From: Bdellovibrionales bacterium
GTDB lineage: Bacteria; Bdellovibrionota; Bdellovibrionia; Bdellovibrionales; JAMPXM01
Assembly: GCA_043739185.1 (NCBI GenBank)
Contig: JAYUEN010000064.1
Location: 1 to 21,441 of the forward strand
Direction: 5' to 3'
Length of the DNA stretch: 21,441 nucleotides
How positions within the stretch are numbered: the stretch's first letter is position 1; each line of letters opens with the position of its first letter. The notes under the pieces were generated by a model that searched no databases, was not told the DNA's origin, and saw only the letters and a list, made by a program, of their open reading frames with translations. Of the stretch, positions 1 to 11,529 are shown in pieces. A program made the translations under genes and the position numbers.

Positions 1-1991
1 GGCTGCGGAGCCGGTTGGGGTCTTGGTTGCGGAGCTGGCTGCGGAGCTGGCTGCGGAGCCGGTTGTGGCCTTGGTTGTGGCGCTGGCTGCGGAGCCGGTT
101 GTGGCCTTGGTTGCGGCCATGGCGTTGGTTTTGGCGTCGGCTGCGGAGCCGGTTGGGGTCTTGGTTGTGGAGCCGGCTGTGGTCTTGGCTGTGGTTGCGG
201 CTTTGGAGTCGGCTGCGGACCAGGTTGCGGAGCCGGCTGTGGTCTTGGCTGTGGTTGCGGCTTTGGAGTCGGCTGCGGACCAGGTTGTGGAGCCGGCTGT
301 GGTCTTGGCTGTGGTTGCGGCTTTGGAGTTGGCTGCGGACCAGGTTGCGGAGCCGGTTGAGGTTGTGGCTTAGGGTTCGGACGATGTGGTGGCGTAGGTT
401 GTGGCCAAGGTTGTTTAGGCTGTGGCTTTGGTTTCTCCGTTGGTACAGGGCGTGTTGTCACGGGCGTGGGAGGAGGGCCTGCATGATCCCTTCCAGCAGA
501 GATTGGATTATCAGCATGAGGACGCGAAGGGTTTTTGGTTTGTACTCCAATTGTCTGAACCGGATTTCCTTTTGTATCGTGAATGACTGGAGCAGGCGAT
601 ACGCCTCTTCTGTCAATTGATGGTGGAACGTGATTTACCGTTGGCGCGCCTCTTCCGTTGTCCGTGATTCGCGTCACAGTTCCGACAGGAATTGGTCGCT
701 GATTGGGTTTATGTTCAGCAGCTGCGCGATTTACTGCAGGTGTTGGCCACTTTTGATCTGTCACTTGAATGTGTGCGCCGCCTCGAGAGACAACCGTGCG
801 AGTTTGTGTGACGACACCTGGAGTGGTCGCCCGGCCATCAATGAAATGATGCGCATTCTGCGGATTTCCTCCTGGAATATTGAAAACATTATTATGTTGA
901 TGAGCATTTTGAATGATGGTGATGTGGCTATTGTTAAATACTGTTCTATTTTCAGTGACGTGAAGAATATTGATATTAGTTACATTGCGCTCATGAACAA
1001 TTGTGAAGCCTGGGTGATAGCGCGCGCGATCACGGCCAAAAATCAAACCAATTTCAAAGCCTCTTTCAAAACCGTCATTGAAGCCTCGTTCGTATCCATG
1101 ACGGTAGGCATGAGTATAAGCATTATGATATGGATACCAACCGACATAACCGCCGTCGTTGAACCAAGTTACACAATGAGGCTCGTAATGGTGATCTTCA
1201 AAAGGAAGCCAGATCCATCCGTAGGAAGTATGATGGCGCCAAACTCCACGGTGATCGGTTGCCCAGCCCCAAGGATCATAAGAGATCCAGGTCCAGCCAA
1301 TCACGATGTCCCATGACCAATAACCATTGCGATAGGGTTCCCACTGGTCTTCTCCATCAACGACGTATGTATAAGGAACGAAATATCGAATGCCTTCAAC
1401 CGTTACCCAACGACCATGACCTTCGAGGGCTCGGTCGTCGTCGTATTGCGGATAAGGATACTCTTCGGCAGAAGTAATAATGACAGGTGGTGGAGCATGA
1501 ACCTGATAGTCGACATTATGTAGAGTGATGACATCAAGTAAGGCTTGACCGTTCCCATCGACGTCTTGGCTTTGATTGCTGTAAACAGTAATTTGCACGT
1601 CTTGGGGCATATTAGCTGGGGCATAAAAAGATACACCATAGTCATTTACTTGAAAATTTGAATTCGCTTCGCAAGTATCGGAGTCGTCCGCATAACATAT
1701 ATCTGTTGATGAGTCTGAGGCCTGCCAAACGAATTGTTCAAGATCTCTTCCTGCAGCTTCGTAATTTGCCGAAGCATCGTAGACATCGGCAGAAAGATTA
1801 ACAACATCACCTTGATGAACATTAATTACATCATCATGGTTAAAGTTATATATGCCGTTAACCGAAGAAATCTTAAGCAGATTAGAAACGGTTTGTTCTG
1901 CCTGCGATTGATTGAGTAACAATGTACTTGCGAAAATGGCAGCGACAAAGAGAACACTTTGCCTCCGACATTTCAGTTTCAAAGCTTTCAT
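1..1991 (-). CDS. Secreted DUF6600-like Trp-rich protein with Pro/Gln-rich repetitive C-terminus; partial (3' end beyond window start, at least 663 codons)
   Basis: Manual translation from ATG at 1991 (SD AAGGGG upstream) stays open to the window edge. It begins MKALKLKCRRQSVLFVAAIFASTLLLNQSQA (signal peptide-like). It contains GHGRWVTVEG...WEPYRNGYWSWDIVIGWTWISYDPWGWATDHRGVWRHHTSYGWIWLP...VGWYP (~1130-1425), which resembles DUF6600. It ends in PQPAPQPGPQPTPKPQPQPR repeats. It is absent from the ORF track, presumably because it has no stop in the window. Confidence 0.88.
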   Translation of the reverse strand, partial: MKALKLKCRRQSVLFVAAIFASTLLLNQSQAEQTVSNLLKISSVNGIYNFNHDDVINVHQGDVVNLSADVYDASANYEAAGRDLEQFVWQASDSSTDICYADDSDTCEANSNFQVNDYGVSFYAPANMPQDVQITVYSNQSQDVDGNGQALLDVITLHNVDYQVHAPPPVIITSAEEYPYPQYDDDRALEGHGRWVTVEGIRYFVPYTYVVDGEDQWEPYRNGYWSWDIVIGWTWISYDPWGWATDHRGVWRHHTSYGWIWLPFEDHHYEPHCVTWFNDGGYVGWYPYHNAYTHAYRHGYERGFNDGFERGFEIGLIFGRDRARYHPGFTIVHERNVTNINILHVTENRTVFNNSHITIIQNAHQHNNVFNIPGGNPQNAHHFIDGRATTPGVVTQTRTVVSRGGAHIQVTDQKWPTPAVNRAAAEHKPNQRPIPVGTVTRITDNGRGAPTVNHVPPSIDRRGVSPAPVIHDTKGNPVQTIGVQTKNPSRPHADNPISAGRDHAGPPPTPVTTRPVPTEKPKPQPKQPWPQPTPPHRPNPKPQPQPAPQPGPQPTPKPQPQPRPQPAPQPGPQPTPKPQPQPRPQPAPQPGPQPTPKPQPQPRPQPAPQPRPQPAPQPTPKPTPWPQPRPQPAPQPAPQPRPQPAPQPAPQPAPQPRPQPAPQ
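163..358 (-). repeat. Intragenic 60-bp tandem repeat, ~3.3 copies, encoding PQPAPQPGPQPTPKPQPQPR; part of a wider PQPA low-complexity tract (1-430)
   Basis: Blocks 181-240, 241-300 and 301-358 are near-identical (ggtcttggctgtggttgcggctttggagtcggctgcggaccaggttgcggagccggctgt). Confidence 0.95.
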
Positions 1992-2036
1992 TATTTTCCC
2001 CTTTTGTTAAATTTTGCCTTTGCAAGACTGTCATAT

Positions 2037-2053
2037 AGCAAGGGATATACCAA
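2037..2053 (-). promoter_or_regulatory. Candidate sigma54 (-24/-12) promoter of the DUF6600-like gene
   Basis: The minus strand reads TTGGTATATCCCTTGCT, giving exact GG-N10-GC spacing with TTGCT at -12, about 45 bp upstream of the ATG. Confidence 0.6.
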
Positions 2054-2080
2054 GAAATTAGAGCCAATTTGGCTTCACAT

Positions 2081-2147
2081 ATGTTAAAGGAAAATAACAT
2101 TTTGTTTTTTATTAAATGCGCAGAGTCATTCCTGGAGAGGCGCATTT
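2081..2147. promoter_or_regulatory. Two palindromes upstream of the sigma54-like promoter; candidate regulator/enhancer-binding sites
   Basis: ATGTTA-N8-TAACAT (2081-2100, i.e. TGT-N12-ACA) and AAATGCGC-N18-GCGCATTT (2114-2147), in an AT-rich intergenic region. Confidence 0.35.
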
Positions 2148-2418
2148 GTATTAGTAAAAAAATCAACTGAACGAAAAAAATTGAAATGAAAAATAGCTTA
2201 AAGAAATAAAAGATACTTTAAGTGAGCGAGTTTTAAGCATTCTGCCAAGAGTTGAAATGCGATTTTAATAAAGGTCCTTGATAGGTGGTTGCCAAATGAC
2301 ACTAATGTTTGAGTTCAATTGAATAAATGAAGAAAGTATAACGGGTGAAGATTTGAATGAAGCAAAGTCAGAAACTAGAGATGGCCATGATAAAGCTCGT
2401 ATAAAGCTTGATTAGAGG

Positions 2419-3798
2419 TTAGTGTCCGCCGCGAAGGGCTGCACTAATTTTTTCAACACTTTGTTTTGCATCGCCGAAAACCAATGAGCAATTATCATAA
2501 TAAAAAAGTGAATTATCGACGCCAGCATAGCCGGGCTTCATTGATCGCTTGCTGACAAAAACCTGTTTAGCCTTGTAACAATCTAGTATTGGCATGCCAT
2601 ACAGTGGGCTGGTTTTATTATTTTTAGCATCCGGATTAACGATATCATTTGCCCCGATGACGAAGGCAACATCGCATTGGGCGAATTCGGCATTGATTTC
2701 ATCTAATTCAAAAACCAAATCATAGGGAATATCAGCTTCAGCAAGCAAAACATTCATATGTCCTGGCATCCGACCGGCAACGGGATGAATGGCAAATTTT
2801 ACGGCGACACCTTTGTCTGTGAGTAATTGTGTGAGCTCTTTAATTGAGTGTTGGGCCTGGGCGACGGCCATTCCATAACCTGGTACGAAAATTACCGAGC
2901 CAGCATTTTCAAGCATAAAAGCGACATCTTCATAAGCTGAAGATTTGGCAACCTTTGCAACTCCGCCACCTTCAGCGGTTGCTTGAGCTTCGGCTCCAAA
3001 GCCACCAAGTACCACACTGATGATCGAGCGGTTCATAGCTTTACACATAATATATGAAAGAATGGCTCCGCTGGATCCGACAAGGGCGCCGGTTGCAATT
3101 AAAAGTTGATTGTTGAGAGTAAAACCCGTAGCTGAAGCGGCCCAGCCGGAATAGGAGTTTAGCATAGAAACTACCACAGGCATATCGGCGCCCCCAATTG
3201 GGAGAACAAGTAAAACCCCGAGTGCGGCAGCAATGCTAGACAGCAAAATAAAACTCATATGATCGTGTGTCACAGCAAAGTATGCACAGAGTGCAAATGC
3301 GATTAGGCCAAGTGCGAGATTGAGATAATGTTGTCCTTTGAAAATGAGCGGACTGGCGCCAAAAGATCCTTTGAGTTTACCAAAGGCAACGATCGAACCT
3401 GTAAAGGTAATGGCTCCGATGACACTTCCTAGGCTGATCTCAATTAATGAAATGACGGACTCATGTTCGGGATGAGCAAGGTAAGTCCCGTAGGCAACGC
3501 CAACGGCCGCAAGGCCAACAAAACTATGCAACATGGCCACGAGTTCTGGCATTGAAGTCATTTGAACTCTCAAGGCAAGGGTAGTTCCGATGCCTCCACC
3601 AACTATGAAGCCAGCAATGATCCAAGTATAATTTTTTACTTCGGGATGGAGTACAGTTGCAAAAATCGCAATCGCCATTCCGATCATGGCGAATAGATTT
3701 CCGCGCATTGCGGTTTTGGGCGATGAAAGACCCTTGAGGCCGAATATGAATAAAATAGTTGCGATAAGATAGGTGAGTGAAAATAAGTCTTGTTGCAT
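2419..3798 (-). CDS. pntB: NAD(P)(+) transhydrogenase subunit beta
   Basis: Hydrophobic N-terminal half with MPELVAMLHSFVGLAA and GGADMPVVVSMLNSYSGWA; NADP(H) domain III with VPGYGMAVAQAQ, HPVAGRMPGHMNVLLAEA and GANDIVNP. Confidence 0.98.
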   Translation of the reverse strand: MQQDLFSLTYLIATILFIFGLKGLSSPKTAMRGNLFAMIGMAIAIFATVLHPEVKNYTWIIAGFIVGGGIGTTLALRVQMTSMPELVAMLHSFVGLAAVGVAYGTYLAHPEHESVISLIEISLGSVIGAITFTGSIVAFGKLKGSFGASPLIFKGQHYLNLALGLIAFALCAYFAVTHDHMSFILLSSIAAALGVLLVLPIGGADMPVVVSMLNSYSGWAASATGFTLNNQLLIATGALVGSSGAILSYIMCKAMNRSIISVVLGGFGAEAQATAEGGGVAKVAKSSAYEDVAFMLENAGSVIFVPGYGMAVAQAQHSIKELTQLLTDKGVAVKFAIHPVAGRMPGHMNVLLAEADIPYDLVFELDEINAEFAQCDVAFVIGANDIVNPDAKNNKTSPLYGMPILDCYKAKQVFVSKRSMKPGYAGVDNSLFYYDNCSLVFGDAKQSVEKISAALRGGH

Positions 3799-3800
3799 CT

Positions 3801-4088
3801 TTACTTCTTCTTTTTAAACATTGAGAGCATTCGATTGGTTACGACAAATCCACCAAAAATATTAATTGTTGCAAGCACAACAGCTAAGAATCCAACGATT
3901 TCTAAAAGACCTATTGAATTGCTCCCGGCGCCCGCCACAAAAATCGAGCCTACGACTACAATCGCACTGATCGCATTTGTTACGGCCATCAATGGCGTAT
4001 GAAGAGCTGGGGTCACTCCCCAAATCACATGGTAACCGATGAAACAAGAAAGTATGAAAACATAGAGGCCAATCATTCCATCTGACAT
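3801..4088 (-). CDS. pntAb: NAD(P) transhydrogenase subunit alpha part 2 (membrane segment)
   Basis: [18 protein letters not shown] and [16 protein letters not shown] motifs; lies between pntAa and pntB. Confidence 0.96.
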   Translation of the reverse strand: MSDGMIGLYVFILSCFIGYHVIWGVTPALHTPLMAVTNAISAIVVVGSIFVAGAGSNSIGLLEIVGFLAVVLATINIFGGFVVTNRMLSMFKKKK

Positions 4089-4099
4089 ACTAAAATCCT

Positions 4100-5215
4100 T
4101 TACTTTTTTGGAGCAAAACGAACTTGCCCCTGATAAGTCACTAAAGTCGCAGCAATAATATCATCTTCTAGATTGATGTTCCAAGCGAAGGCATTGTCTT
4201 TTTTCTGAACGAAGAGATCGAGGAGCGACAAAACATTGGAGCCGAAAAAGTGGCTAGAATCACAAGCAGAAAGTCCTGCGAGATTTTTAAGTCCAATTAT
4301 TTTGACTCCGGATTTTTCGACAATCTTACCTGGCTCAGTCCATTCGCAATTTCCGCCAGTTGGAGCTGCCATATCAACGATGACTGAACCTGGGCGCATA
4401 CCTTTAACAGCTTCGGCAGTTACTAATATAGGAGCCCTGCGCCCCGGAATATTGGCAGTCGTAATAACCACATCATATTTTTTTAATCTTTCAGTGAGCT
4501 CGGCTTGCTGCTTGGCTTTGGCTTCTGGAGAAAGTTCTTTTGCATAGCCGCCAGTTCCGGTACCGCTTTCGCCGACATTGATTTCTACGTACTTCGCGCC
4601 TAAAGAAAGAATCTGCTCTTTAACTTCTGGACGAATATCAAAGGCATCAACAGAAGCTCCAAGTCTTCTGGCGGTGGCAATGGCTTGAAGTCCAGCAACG
4701 CCCACGCCAAGGACGATTAATTTTGCGGGTTTTGCCATTCCGGCAGAAGTCATCATCATAGGAAAAAATCGTGGATAATGGGTAACGGCCTCAAGTACGG
4801 CTCGATAACCTGCTATATTGGCTTGAGAAGATAAGACATCCATAGATTGGGCGCGTGAAGTGCGCGGAACAAGCTCCATTGCGATTGCATTGATTTTAGC
4901 GTTTGCGTATTTTGAAAGATCGGCGGTGAATGGGTCGAGCATAGAAATCAAATATGAACCGGCTTTGAGCTTTGCCATTTCTTCTGGAGTAGGTGGGTTC
5001 ACTTTGATCACTACTTCAGCAGACCAAGCTTGGTCTCGCTCAACAATCTGTGCTCCCATTTTGCTATAATCTGCATCATTGAAAAAAGATTTGGCGCCTG
5101 CATCTTTTTCAATGAGCACCTCAAAACCTTTTTGCTTGAATTTTTTAACATTTTCGGGAGAAACCGCAATTCGGGTTTCTCCTGCCGTCATTTCTGCTGG
5201 AATTCCTATTTGCAT
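4100..5215 (-). CDS. pntAa: NAD(P) transhydrogenase subunit alpha part 1 (soluble NAD(H)-binding domain I)
   Basis: [24 protein letters not shown], Rossmann motif [16 protein letters not shown] and [11 protein letters not shown]. Confidence 0.97.
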   Translation of the reverse strand: MQIGIPAEMTAGETRIAVSPENVKKFKQKGFEVLIEKDAGAKSFFNDADYSKMGAQIVERDQAWSAEVVIKVNPPTPEEMAKLKAGSYLISMLDPFTADLSKYANAKINAIAMELVPRTSRAQSMDVLSSQANIAGYRAVLEAVTHYPRFFPMMMTSAGMAKPAKLIVLGVGVAGLQAIATARRLGASVDAFDIRPEVKEQILSLGAKYVEINVGESGTGTGGYAKELSPEAKAKQQAELTERLKKYDVVITTANIPGRRAPILVTAEAVKGMRPGSVIVDMAAPTGGNCEWTEPGKIVEKSGVKIIGLKNLAGLSACDSSHFFGSNVLSLLDLFVQKKDNAFAWNINLEDDIIAATLVTYQGQVRFAPKK

Positions 5216-5358
5216 AGTTCACTTTCGCTCTAAGATGGCTGACTTTATTTTCAAATATGATAATAACAGAACTTAGTGGGCGCAAAGCAAACAAAAAATA
5301 AGAAGAATTGATTTTGATTCGGGGCTCACTTGATTGTGCAAATATAAAAGGAGTTTTT

Positions 5359-6057
5359 GTGATTAATATTCGAAAAAGCAATGAACGGGGACAAGCCGAT
5401 CATGGTTGGCTTAAAGCAAAACATAGTTTTTCATTTGCCAATTACTACGATCCGAAAAATATGGGCTTCAGCCTGTTACGGGTTATAAATGAGGATCGCA
5501 TTTCGGCGGGGAATGGATTTGGCGTACACCCACATCATGATATGGAGATCATTACCTACATTATCAAAGGGGCACTTGAGCATAAAGACTCAATGGGAAA
5601 TACCGCCATTATACGACCGGGTGAAGTTCAAACCATGAGCGCAGGCACGGGAGTAAGGCATTCTGAATACAACCATCTTGATAATGAGGAGACCCACCTT
5701 TTACAAATTTGGATTGAACCAAAAGAACTCAATATCAAGCCTGCTTATGGCCAAAAATCTTTTGAGGAGCAATTGAAGGCAAATGATTTGGTCTTGGTTG
5801 TATCAAAGGATGGTCGAAATGGATCCTTACGTATGAATCTAAATGCCGAGCTTTACGCCTCAAAGCTCAAACAAAACAAAGAGCTTCAATTTAAATTGAA
5901 TGTTGGGAAAAGTGCCTGGCTACAGCTAATTGCTGGTGAAATTCAAATCGGAGATAAGCAATTGAAATCCGGCGATGGGGCCGCAATCGAAGCGGAAGCT
6001 ATGTTTCATATGGCGGCCTTACTAAACTCACATTTCTTACTTTTTGATTTGCCTTAA
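5359..6057 (+). CDS. Pirin family protein (YhhW/quercetin 2,3-dioxygenase-like)
   Basis: RGQADHGWLKAKHSFSFANYYDP, GFGVHPHHDMEIITY, HKDSMGN, MSAGTGVRHSEYN and LLQIWI. The likely start is GTG at 5359 after SD AAGGAG; the ORF track extends to 5308. Confidence 0.95.
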   Translation: MINIRKSNERGQADHGWLKAKHSFSFANYYDPKNMGFSLLRVINEDRISAGNGFGVHPHHDMEIITYIIKGALEHKDSMGNTAIIRPGEVQTMSAGTGVRHSEYNHLDNEETHLLQIWIEPKELNIKPAYGQKSFEEQLKANDLVLVVSKDGRNGSLRMNLNAELYASKLKQNKELQFKLNVGKSAWLQLIAGEIQIGDKQLKSGDGAAIEAEAMFHMAALLNSHFLLFDLP

Positions 6058-6111
6058 TGCGTGTTGAGAATACGCCCTAACATTGGCCTCGTATTGAGTC
6101 CAAAGTCCAGT

Positions 6112-6138
6112 TCAGTCTTTTAAAGTGTCTACCGATGA
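6112..6138 (+). promoter_or_regulatory. Possible sigma28/FliA-type promoter upstream of the hypothetical-cupredoxin-cpaF cluster
   Basis: TCAG-N15-ACCGATGA compared with consensus TAAA-N15-GCCGATAA. Spacing is correct and the CCGAT core is intact, but the -35 is degenerate. Confidence 0.35.
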
Positions 6139-6159
6139 GACTCTTGAAGTGATTTCACT

Positions 6160-6465
6160 TTGAAAAGTTTCAACCGGGAGGCATGGATGCATCTACAAGG
6201 AAATTTACAAAAAGTATTTGATGCACTCTACAATATGGGCGTCATTGATCCGGTTTTAAAAAAGGATTGGTGCCAAGCATTTGATGAGATTCCAACCTAT
6301 CGCATTCGGCTTGATCAAGCGGTTTTGGTGGTCAATAAGTTTCAGCATGATCCCGAAAAAATGGTTTATGAATTGGGCAAATTTGAAGAGAAAATTTTAG
6401 AATTTTTAGCAATTGAAGTCGCCCGCGAATTTGCAGAATTTCAAACGCGAACTTCATTGCAATAA
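6160..6465 (+). CDS. Hypothetical small alpha-helical cytoplasmic protein
   Basis: 101-aa ORF with a TTG start and protein-like composition, co-oriented and closely spaced with the downstream genes; no recognised motif. Confidence 0.75.
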   Translation: MKSFNREAWMHLQGNLQKVFDALYNMGVIDPVLKKDWCQAFDEIPTYRIRLDQAVLVVNKFQHDPEKMVYELGKFEEKILEFLAIEVAREFAEFQTRTSLQ

Positions 6466-6508
6466 GGATATCTGAAGGTGATTTAAGATGGATTTGAAAG
6501 GGAAATTT

Positions 6509-7057
6509 ATGAAAAGTTTAACGAAACTCTTTCTGAAAGCGGCGACGACATCAGTGGTTTTCGCTGTTGTTTTAACCCACGCCAATTTGGCTTTTGCTGA
6601 ATGGTCAGTCGATCTCTCTCGAAGACAAAAAGCCGTGCAAGCAAAAGATATGCAAGAAATGAGAAAGCCCGCCTCTGCTTCAGCGCCTGAAGGAAAAAGT
6701 CTTATGGATGTGGTTTTTCAAGGCGGCGACCCACTTCAAGAAATCGTAGTGCTGAATACAGACAAAGGCTTCATTCCAAATACACTTCGCATACGCCAAG
6801 GAAGTAAATATAAAATTCATATCGTAAACGTCAATGACAAAGAAAAAAATGTGAGCTTTGTACTTGATAGTTTTGGTGAGCATCACGCGACTTATTACGG
6901 TAAAATCAAAAGCTTTTATATTGAGCCAAAAAAAGAAGGTATCTATTCATTTGAGTGTCCAGAAACTTCAAATGCAGGTCGGTTGATAGTATTTGCCAAT
7001 CCGGGAGCTCAAAATATTCGCGTGCCCGCAACCGCATCCCAAGAGGATTCAAAATGA
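6509..7057 (+). CDS. Exported cupredoxin-domain protein (EfeO/Cupredoxin_1-like)
   Basis: Signal peptide ending ANLAFA; GFIPNTLRIRQG...IHIVNVN...IEPKKEGIYSFECP...GRLIV fits a cupredoxin beta-sandwich. The start is either 6488 or 6509. Confidence 0.75.
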   Translation: MKSLTKLFLKAATTSVVFAVVLTHANLAFAEWSVDLSRRQKAVQAKDMQEMRKPASASAPEGKSLMDVVFQGGDPLQEIVVLNTDKGFIPNTLRIRQGSKYKIHIVNVNDKEKNVSFVLDSFGEHHATYYGKIKSFYIEPKKEGIYSFECPETSNAGRLIVFANPGAQNIRVPATASQEDSK

Positions 7058-8175
7058 GCGATAAAAGCAAAATGCAGGTTTTTCAGGATACGGTTCGCCA
7101 GAATCTGCGTCCTGTATTGCATTTGCTTGAAGATCCCACGGTTACTGAAATCCTCATAAATGGCTTTGATCAAATTTTTGTAGAGCGCAAAGGAAAGCTT
7201 GAAAAAACTACGGCACAGTTCCCGAGTGCGGATGAATTATTGGTAGCACTCAACTCAATTGCTCAAACAGTTGAACGTCGAATTGGTCCTGACGAACCAA
7301 GGCTTGATGCCAGATTGCCTGATAAATCTAGAATTCATGCCGTGATTCCTCCTATGGCGAGAACCAATGGACCGGTGGTGAGTATTCGCAAATTCACCCA
7401 AAGTAAGATTTCTTTTAAGGACTATGTGCAGCTTGGAGCGATCACACCAGACGCTGCTGCTTTTTTGCAAATTTGTATGTTTTTAGGAAAAAATATTTTA
7501 GTAAGCGGTGGTACTGGTTCAGGTAAAACAACATTGTTAGGTTTGCTTTGCAGCTGTATTCCTCGTGGTCAAAGAATCATCGTCATTGAAGATGCGAGTG
7601 AACTTTCAATCGATTACGAACACTGTGTATTTTTCGAAACGAGAACTGCAGATGCTCAAGGCAAAGGCGAAGTAAATATGCGTGATTTACTAAAGAGTAG
7701 TCTCAGGCTCCGTCCGGATCGAATTATTGTTGGCGAAGTGCGGGGCTCCGAAGGTATGGAACTAATTCAAGCCATGAATACTGGGCATAAAGGTTGTCTC
7801 GGAACCATTCACGCCAATACTCCTGAAGATGCTTTGGTCAGACTTGAATCTTTAGCTCTTGGTGGCGAGGGAAAGGTTTCAGAAAAAGCTTTGCACTATT
7901 CAGTCGCTAGCGCGATTGAATTAGTAATTCAAATTTCGCGATTGTCGGACGGCTCACGTCGAATTATGACCATTTCTGAGGTTCGGGGATTGGATAAGGA
8001 TTTGAACTATATAGTTAAGCCGATCTATAAAATGGGCCATTTGGTTAGGACGCGGGATGGCAAATTGGGCGGTCATATTGAGCCAAGCGGTGAAATTCCT
8101 TCATTTATGCCTGAGATCGAAGACAATCAAATAGAGTTTCCACGATCGAAGTTTTTTGCTTCCCAAGCCTCTTGA
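7054..8175 (+). CDS. cpaF: CpaF/TadA (VirB11-like) pilus assembly ATPase
   Basis: LLEDPTVTEILING, LDARLPDKSRIHAVIPP, Walker A GGTGSGKTT, IEDASEL, LRLRPDRIIVGEVRG and AMNTGHKGCLGTIHAN. ATG at 7054 follows GAGG and overlaps the upstream stop (ATGA). Confidence 0.93.
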   Translation: MSDKSKMQVFQDTVRQNLRPVLHLLEDPTVTEILINGFDQIFVERKGKLEKTTAQFPSADELLVALNSIAQTVERRIGPDEPRLDARLPDKSRIHAVIPPMARTNGPVVSIRKFTQSKISFKDYVQLGAITPDAAAFLQICMFLGKNILVSGGTGSGKTTLLGLLCSCIPRGQRIIVIEDASELSIDYEHCVFFETRTADAQGKGEVNMRDLLKSSLRLRPDRIIVGEVRGSEGMELIQAMNTGHKGCLGTIHANTPEDALVRLESLALGGEGKVSEKALHYSVASAIELVIQISRLSDGSRRIMTISEVRGLDKDLNYIVKPIYKMGHLVRTRDGKLGGHIEPSGEIPSFMPEIEDNQIEFPRSKFFASQAS

Positions 8176-8193
8176 GCTTCGCTAAAAAGAGCT

Positions 8194-10633
<2,440 letters not shown>

Positions 10634-10665
10634 AAATTACCAACTGAAGCCCTCCTAAAGTCGGG

Positions 10666-10694
10666 TTGATCTGGCCTCAATATTGATTTAATAT
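10666..10694 (+). promoter_or_regulatory. Candidate sigma70 promoter for the BI-1/YccA gene
   Basis: TTGATC-N17-TAATAT, followed by SD AGGAGG and ATG at 10723. Confidence 0.45.
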
Positions 10695-10722
10695 AGGCGT
10701 GTTTTCAACAAGGAGGATTCAA

Positions 10723-11454
10723 ATGAGTAGCCCAGCATTCAATGAAAAGATTTTCAACAAAATAGAATCGACTACTGATTACGCAGATGTCGGAACGATG
10801 ACCGTATCTGGTACAATCAATAAGACTGGCATTTTATTTTTACTCATGCTTGCGACATCAGTCGTCAGCTGGAATTTGGCCGGCACTCAATTGGGCTTAA
10901 ATTTAATGATTACCTCTATTATCCTTAATTTGATTTTAGGATTTGTAATTATTTTTAAAAAGGATTTGGCTCCAACGCTTGCGCCGATTTACGCTTTGGT
11001 TGAAGGCTTCGCGCTGGGTGCCATTTCAGCCAATTATGAATATGTGCGACCAGGCATAGCCATGAACGCGATGATCTCAACGTTTTCATGTTTAGGATTA
11101 ATGATTGTTCTCTACCATATGAAAATATTGCAAGCGACACCGAGATTTCAAAAAGGCTTAGCCGTTGCGATGCTCGCAATTTTGGTTACTTATTTAGTGA
11201 ATTTGGTAATGGGAATGTTTGGACATCCTGTTGCAATGATTAATCAAGGCGGCACCATAGGGATCCTATTTTCCCTTGTTGTTGTAGGTGTGGCGGCTCT
11301 CAACTTCATAATAGATTTTGCAGTCATTGAAGATGGCGAAACCCGTCGTGCCCCTAAATTTATGGAGTGGTATTGTGCCTTTGGAGTACTGCTTACACTC
11401 ATTTGGCTCTATCTTGAAATATTAAGGCTATTGTCAAAGATGTCGAAGAAATAG
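10723..11454 (+). CDS. Bax inhibitor-1/YccA family membrane protein
   Basis: MTVSGTINKTGIL, YALVEGFALGAIS, DFAVIEDG...APKFMEWYCAFGVLLTLIWLYLEILRLLS; about 7 hydrophobic helices; SD AGGAGG. Confidence 0.92.
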   Translation: MSSPAFNEKIFNKIESTTDYADVGTMTVSGTINKTGILFLLMLATSVVSWNLAGTQLGLNLMITSIILNLILGFVIIFKKDLAPTLAPIYALVEGFALGAISANYEYVRPGIAMNAMISTFSCLGLMIVLYHMKILQATPRFQKGLAVAMLAILVTYLVNLVMGMFGHPVAMINQGGTIGILFSLVVVGVAALNFIIDFAVIEDGETRRAPKFMEWYCAFGVLLTLIWLYLEILRLLSKMSKK

Positions 11455-11458
11455 CCAA

Positions 11459-11529
11459 AATGTACCTGCTTAGTTTTGGAGGCGCGGCGTATTAAATGCC
11501 GTGCGCCTCCAAAACTAAGCAGGTACATT
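11459..11529. repeat. 71-bp palindromic element, copy 1 (perfect 27-bp inverted arms plus 17-nt core); REP/REPIN/MITE-like, probable bidirectional terminator
   Basis: AATGTACCTGCTTAGTTTTGGAGGCGC (11459-11485), core GGCGTATTAAATGCCGT, then GCGCCTCCAAAACTAAGCAGGTACATT (11503-11529). It lies between the convergent BI-1 gene and dcd. Confidence 0.93.

Noticed and set aside
163..358. 60-bp repeats as a CRISPR array
   Set aside because: The units are contiguous with no unique spacers, are in-frame coding, and have no cas genes nearby.
15..1316. Plus-strand ORFs 15..620 (Trp/Arg/Leu repeats), 23..373 and 630..1316
   Set aside because: They are antisense shadows of the minus-strand Pro/Gln-rich DUF6600-like gene, which has an SD, a signal peptide and a recognisable domain.
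3801..5215. pntA as a frameshifted pseudogene
   Set aside because: The split falls at the known domain I / membrane boundary, and the second gene has its own SD-like AAGGA and ATG. This is a known natural architecture.
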